Below are positions 15,140 through 19,842 of a stretch of DNA of 19,842 bases, one piece after another (the stretch's first letter is position 1; every line of letters begins with the position of its first letter). Source of the stretch: PVC group bacterium (GTDB lineage: Bacteria; GCA-001730085; JADFSZ01); assembly GCA_022560555.1 (NCBI GenBank), contig JADFSZ010000007.1, positions 1 through 19,842 of the forward strand. The letters are read 5' to 3'. Position numbers and translations under genes: made by a program. The notes beneath the pieces are model-generated. The model had not been told where the DNA came from. It worked only from the letters and a program-made list of their open reading frames with translations, and searched no databases.

Positions 15140-18100
15140 TTACGATGGATTCTGTATCGAGTTTTGGATGCACGCCATCACACTTTTGACTCGATCACGA
15201 TCAGTGAGATTGGCAAAAGACTCTTTGATACGCTTTCTTGTATTCTTTTGAACATAAACAAGCATTCCTCTTTCGACTCCGAGATAGCTGATACCTTTCT
15301 TTCTGGCTTCGATCCTTAACATAGCTGTATCCATCAAAATTTTGCATGTATCCGGAAGCGGACCATAACGGTCACGAATCATGGCCTGGAAATTACACAA
15401 GTCATCCTGGGTATACACATTGGAAAGTTTACGAAATATATCAAGACGCATCTCCGGATTTGAAATATATTCTTCAGGAACACCGATATCGATACCTAAA
15501 TCAAGAACAACATCATCCGCCGGCACGGCCTCCCCTTTCATCTCTTTAATCGTTCGATCTAAAAGTCGGCAATACAAATCAAACCCAATCTGGGCGATAT
15601 ACCCGCTTTGCTGTACTCCCAGGATGTTTCCCGCGCCGCGAATTTCTAAATCCCGGGCGGCAATTTTCATGCCGCTTCCCAATTCCGTAAACTCTTCGAT
15701 AATGCGAAGGCGCTTCGCGGCTTCCTCGGGAACCACATGGTCAACGGACACTAATAAATAGCAGTATCCACGGTGTTTAAAACGCCCCACGCGTCCTCGA
15801 AGCTGATAAAGATCCGCTAATCCAAATTTGTCCGCGTTGTTTATAAAGATCGTGTTAACATTCGGGATATCCAAACCGGACTGAATGATGGTTGTTGATA
15901 CAAGAATATCGATGTCACGATTCACAAATTTCTTCATCACATGTTCCAATGTGTGGCCCGTCATTTGCCCGTGACCGACGGCAATACGGGCCTGAGGTAC
16001 AAGATTTTGAATACGCTTAGCAATGACATCAATGTTATACACACGATTATGGACAAAATAAATTTGTCCGTCGCGATTCAGCTCACGAAGAATAGCATCC
16101 CGGATCATCTTTTCATCAAATTGCGATATACAAGTTTCGATAGGCAGTCGATCTTCGGGCGGCGTGTTAATCACACTCATATCTTTGGCACCGGTAAGCG
16201 TTAAATACAATGTTCGAGGGATAGGCGTCGCGGATAATGTCAGCACATCCACGCTTACCCGCATTTGTTTTATGCGTTCTTTATGCATGACCCCGAAACG
16301 CTGCTCCTCATCAATCACAAGTAATCCTAAATCCTTGAATCCCAAATCACCAAAGATTAATTTATGTGTTCCGATAACAATATCAATGCGCCCTTCTTTT
16401 AATGATTTCAAAATGGCTTTTTCTTCCACCCCTGACGTAAAACGCGTCCAACAGGCGATTTCAATCGGATACTCCGCCATACGCTCCTTAAACGAATTGT
16501 AGTGTTGTTCGGCCAAAATCGTTGTCGGGACAAGAAAAACCACCTGTTTATTGTTCATAACAGCTTTGAAGGCAGCTCGCATGGCCACTTCGGTTTTTCC
16601 GTATCCGACATCTCCGCAGATCAAGCGATCCATAGGCTTGGTGCTTTCCATATCTTGTTTGACATCGTTAATGGCCTGGGCTTGATCACGGGTTTCTTCG
16701 TAAATAAAAGCGTCCTCAAACTCCTCTTGCCAGGTCTGATCTTTGGCCATCGACGTACCTCTCTCGAGTTCACGTCTAGCCTGCAAACGCAATAAATCCG
16801 CAGCCACATCACGAATGGCTTTGGCGGCCTTCAGTTTCGTTTTTTTCCACTGTTCTTGGCCGATTTTATTTAATTTTGGGCGCGCTCGTTCCAAGCCGAC
16901 ATATTTTTCAATAAGATTGATCTGCTCTACAGGAACAAGAAGTTTCGTATTCTCATCATATAAAATCACGAGATAATCTCTCGTGATTTCATCTGACATC
17001 ACTTTTTCGATGCACTGATAGATCCCGACTCCGTGGTCAACGTGAACAACATAATCCCCTTTTTTGATATCAAACACACTCACAAGCGGCGAGCCATGTC
17101 GATATCTGGGTTTAAACCTGCGCTGCCGGTAGCGCCCAAACACCTCATCATCTGTAACAAATCCGTATTTTATGTCATCAATATAAAATCCTTTTTGAAA
17201 AGGCCCAAAGCATGTCAATTCATCTTTTATGTCAATGTGAATATTTTTTTCACGGAAGTATTCCTTAAGACGACGAGCCTCTCCGTGATTATGAAAGCAA
17301 AACGCGTGGGTGAATGATTGCTCCTTCTGCGTCTTTAAAAAGCCTACAAGCGAATCTCCGGAGCGCCCCGGAGATTCATAGGGTGAAATGGGCAGTTTAA
17401 TGTATCCTGACTCCTTGGGAATCTCGCCCGCGAGCAAATTTAATTCAATGACGCGGGTGCTATTGATTATTTTTTGAAATCCTTTTAGTCCAATAAAATT
17501 AGAAGGTGTCCTTGTGAGCTGTTCATTCAAGAGTTTTGCTTGTTTCACAATAGACGCCTTCTCAACAAGAATCAGCTGGTAATCTTCAAAATAATCAACA
17601 ACATTGACCCAGTCAGAGCAATGCTGGTACTGTTCTTTTTCTTGGCGGGGAAATATGGAAATCTTATTGATTTCTTGAAAACTTCTTTGATGGCTTGAAT
17701 CAAAATATTTTAGACTTATAATTTTATTTCCATCCACCTCAACACGAACGGGATATTCATCAACAATATTATAAATGTCCATGACACATCCCCGCACAGC
17801 CATTTCACCCCGAAACTGAACAAGGGCAACTCTTTCGTATCCAAGACCAACTAAATCCGTAATCAATTTTTGACGATCCGGCTCATGTCCGACTTCAAGG
17901 GATATACAGTGATCCTCAAACCATGAGCGGGAAAAAATTTTATATATAAGGGAAGCCAGAGGGATAATAACGATCTTTTTTTGATCCGGGCGAGCCATCA
18001 CTTTACGAATCAAATGATATCTCTCGGCAACAATGTCTTCGCTGGGGGGAATGGTATCTTGAGGAAGCACTTCCCATGCGGGAAACAAAAAAGTCGCATC

Positions 18101-18322
18101 AGGCGAAATTACTGAAATCTCGTTATAGAGCCGTTCGGCAGTTTTGATGTTCGCAGTGACAATGATACTCGACTGATGACTGTTTTGATCTATCAGACAG
18201 GCCAAAAAAGCATGAGCGCACGGCCATACCCCATCGACAACCACATAGGGCCGCTTTTGAGATAGCTTATATAACTGCTGGATTTTATCCCATTTTTGAA
18301 TTTTTTCAGCAATTTTATGCAT
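15140..18322 (-). CDS. mfd: Transcription-repair coupling factor Mfd
   Basis: 1060 aa. It has a UvrB-homology N-terminus, an RNAP-interacting/CarD-like segment (KKGDYVVHVDHGVGIY), and superfamily-2 translocase motifs (DRLICGDVGYGKTEVAMRAAF, LLVIDEEQRFG, LTLSATPIPRTL, QLRGRVGR). The TRG region and C-terminal D7-like domain are also present. Confidence 0.97.
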   Translation of the reverse strand: MHKIAEKIQKWDKIQQLYKLSQKRPYVVVDGVWPCAHAFLACLIDQNSHQSSIIVTANIKTAERLYNEISVISPDATFLFPAWEVLPQDTIPPSEDIVAERYHLIRKVMARPDQKKIVIIPLASLIYKIFSRSWFEDHCISLEVGHEPDRQKLITDLVGLGYERVALVQFRGEMAVRGCVMDIYNIVDEYPVRVEVDGNKIISLKYFDSSHQRSFQEINKISIFPRQEKEQYQHCSDWVNVVDYFEDYQLILVEKASIVKQAKLLNEQLTRTPSNFIGLKGFQKIINSTRVIELNLLAGEIPKESGYIKLPISPYESPGRSGDSLVGFLKTQKEQSFTHAFCFHNHGEARRLKEYFREKNIHIDIKDELTCFGPFQKGFYIDDIKYGFVTDDEVFGRYRQRRFKPRYRHGSPLVSVFDIKKGDYVVHVDHGVGIYQCIEKVMSDEITRDYLVILYDENTKLLVPVEQINLIEKYVGLERARPKLNKIGQEQWKKTKLKAAKAIRDVAADLLRLQARRELERGTSMAKDQTWQEEFEDAFIYEETRDQAQAINDVKQDMESTKPMDRLICGDVGYGKTEVAMRAAFKAVMNNKQVVFLVPTTILAEQHYNSFKERMAEYPIEIACWTRFTSGVEEKAILKSLKEGRIDIVIGTHKLIFGDLGFKDLGLLVIDEEQRFGVMHKERIKQMRVSVDVLTLSATPIPRTLYLTLTGAKDMSVINTPPEDRLPIETCISQFDEKMIRDAILRELNRDGQIYFVHNRVYNIDVIAKRIQNLVPQARIAVGHGQMTGHTLEHVMKKFVNRDIDILVSTTIIQSGLDIPNVNTIFINNADKFGLADLYQLRGRVGRFKHRGYCYLLVSVDHVVPEEAAKRLRIIEEFTELGSGMKIAARDLEIRGAGNILGVQQSGYIAQIGFDLYCRLLDRTIKEMKGEAVPADDVVLDLGIDIGVPEEYISNPEMRLDIFRKLSNVYTQDDLCNFQAMIRDRYGPLPDTCKILMDTAMLRIEARKKGISYLGVERGMLVYVQKNTRKRIKESFANLTDRDRVKSVMACIQNSIQNPS

Positions 18323-18384
18323 CGGACATAACTCGTAGATTTATGAAATACCGGGCAGAACTTTTAGGGACCATTAGACAAATA

Positions 18385-19842
18385 TCACATACGGCGGGGA
18401 GCCTGCACACCCAATACATTTAAAGCATCTTCCAATACCAAATGAATAGCATTCACAAAACACAGTCGCGTCTCGGTCTCGGATCGATTTTGGGTTATAA
18501 CCCGGTGTTTGTTATAGTAGCTATGGAATTCCTTAGCCAAACCCAAGAGGTAATCCACGAGATAATAGGGTTCATGCTGAACCACACACTGCAGTAGGAT
18601 TTCCTCATATCCGGACATCACCTTAATCATGGAGAGCTCTTCTTTATTTAAAAGATCTAAATCCGGATGAATTTTGTTTAAATCGATTTTTTCTTTTTTA
18701 GCATATTCAAAAATGTTGCATGTCCGCGCGTAAGCATATTGGAGATAAAACACCGGATTATCCATGGACTTGCTTTTGACTAAATCCAGATCAAAATCGA
18801 GATGACTTTCGGATCTGCGCGTCAAAAACGTGAACCTTGCGGCATCGGCTCCGACCTCATCGATGACATCCTTGAGTGTGATATATTCACCGGATCGTTT
18901 TGACATTTTGACAGAGACGCCTCCTCTTTTTAAATTCACCATCTGCACTAATACAATTTTAAGACGATCGGAATCAAACCCCAATGCTTCCATAGATCCT
19001 TTCACGCGTTGAATGTATCCGTGATGATCAGCACCCCAGATATTGACAACCTCCTGATAATCCTGCTCAAATTTTTTCTGATGATATGTTATGTCCGAGG
19101 CCAAATAAGTCGGCAATCCGTTTTTTCGGATAATCACACGATCTTTTTCATCACCGTATTTCCGGGACAAAAACCAAAGGGCGCCATCTTCTTCTTTCAC
19201 ACACTTTTTCTTTTTCAATTCTTCGATAGTCGTTTGAATATCGTTGTTCTCATGCATACTCTTCTCTGAAAAATATCTATCGAAGGGTTTAACACCAAAA
19301 GAAGCCAAATCTTTCTCGATGCTGTTTTTTAGTATCCATTGAGCCGCAAATTGGCCCGAGGCAGTCCTATCAAGATCGGGGCCCTTTTCTTTGAAGAGCC
19401 TGAGGGCAACATCTTTTATATAATCTCCTTGATACCATCCCTCCTCCGGCGTATAGGGTCTATTGTCCGCTAAGTGATCCACATACGCTTTCACGGATTC
19501 CCCGAGAGTTTGGACTTGATTCCCATAATCGTTTACATAATACTCCCGCCAAACCGTGTATCCTAATTTTTCATATAAATTCGCTAATACATCGCCTAAA
19601 ACAGCTCCTCTTCCATGCCCGACGTGAAGAGGTCCTGTGGGGTTTGCGCTGATAAATTCCATATGAATTTTTTTATTTTTCCCCAATAGGGATCTTCCGA
19701 CATTTTTCTTGTCACGTAGGATCCTCTCAAGTTCTTTTTGCCATATTTTTTTATCGAGATAAAAATTAATAAACCCGGGGCCCGCGGTCTTCACATCTTC
19801 AAACAAGCCTGAGTCTTTGAGAACAGCAGACTCACTGATGGC
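18385..19842 (-). CDS. argS: Arginine--tRNA ligase, C-terminal ~485 codons; the 5' end runs off the right edge
   Basis: It has the class I HIGH motif region ANPTGPLHVGHGRGAVLGD, the KMSKS-equivalent VKMSKRSG, and a DALR anticodon-binding C-terminus ending APRRM. The reading frame stays open from 19806 to the window edge (AISESAVLKDSGLFEDVK...), so the TTG at 19806 in the ORF track is not the real start. Confidence 0.95.
   Translation of the reverse strand, partial: AISESAVLKDSGLFEDVKTAGPGFINFYLDKKIWQKELERILRDKKNVGRSLLGKNKKIHMEFISANPTGPLHVGHGRGAVLGDVLANLYEKLGYTVWREYYVNDYGNQVQTLGESVKAYVDHLADNRPYTPEEGWYQGDYIKDVALRLFKEKGPDLDRTASGQFAAQWILKNSIEKDLASFGVKPFDRYFSEKSMHENNDIQTTIEELKKKKCVKEEDGALWFLSRKYGDEKDRVIIRKNGLPTYLASDITYHQKKFEQDYQEVVNIWGADHHGYIQRVKGSMEALGFDSDRLKIVLVQMVNLKRGGVSVKMSKRSGEYITLKDVIDEVGADAARFTFLTRRSESHLDFDLDLVKSKSMDNPVFYLQYAYARTCNIFEYAKKEKIDLNKIHPDLDLLNKEELSMIKVMSGYEEILLQCVVQHEPYYLVDYLLGLAKEFHSYYNKHRVITQNRSETETRLCFVNAIHLVLEDALNVLGVQAPRRM

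Noticed and set aside
15015-15173. 53-codon N-terminal extension of the small protein ORF (191 aa call), overlapping the mfd 3' end
   Set aside because: The internal ATG at 15014 has an AGGAGG SD and opens directly into a signal peptide. The extension would bury that signal peptide internally, and it overlaps the promoter-like element and the mfd stop.
15346-17317. A series of plus-strand ORFs of 67-126 aa (15346, 15381, 15941, 16164, 16502, 16743, 17033)
   Set aside because: All lie antisense within mfd, whose frame is supported by helicase motifs along its whole length. None has recognisable motifs or expression signals.
1-19842. Search for CRISPR repeats, tRNA/rRNA/tmRNA/RNase P/SRP RNA, IS elements, integrases, phage genes, toxin-antitoxin pairs or known defence systems
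   Set aside because: Every gap between coding regions is under about 190 bp and AT-rich, without cloverleaf-like or conserved ncRNA motifs. I saw no spaced direct repeats, terminal inverted repeats or transposase/integrase-like ORFs. By eye the window is core genome. A computational repeat, tRNAscan or Infernal scan would be the definitive check.

Overview
The window is a densely packed, moderately AT-rich bacterial chromosomal segment made up almost entirely of conserved housekeeping genes. 17 of the 18 coding regions are on the minus strand. I cannot place the lineage from sequence alone. In minus-strand transcription order the genes are: argS (5' end cut by the right edge), mfd, a small orphan secreted protein, recR, ftsH-folP-cdaA-cdaR-pdxJ (gaps of 10-39 nt, so probably one operon), acpS, an FmdB-type zinc-ribbon gene followed by a GAF/sigma-54 enhancer-binding protein, a YacP/Rae1-type NYN RNase followed by a stand-alone ExeA/GspA-like ATPase, then an unrecognised membrane-anchored coiled-coil gene followed by mreB and mreC (3' end cut by the left edge). 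The only plus-strand gene is a PpiD-like membrane-anchored parvulin chaperone. I found no rRNA, tRNA, CRISPR array, transposase, integrase or other mobile or defence hallmark, and no non-coding gap longer than about 190 bp. This therefore reads as core genome, not an accessory island. The least-explained part is the block upstream of mreBC at 1779-4265. It holds a protein with MreC-like topology (TM, long coiled coil, beta-rich C-terminal domain) that I cannot assign to a family, plus a translationally coupled NYN RNase / ExeA-like ATPase pair whose ATPase has a deviant P-loop. Smaller observations: a back-to-back bidirectional promoter with overlapping -10 boxes, a tandem heptamer leader in front of the zinc-ribbon gene, a well-signalled orphan secreted protein between mfd and recR, and a minimal single-domain CdaR. 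All functional calls rest on motif recognition by eye; no database search was run.
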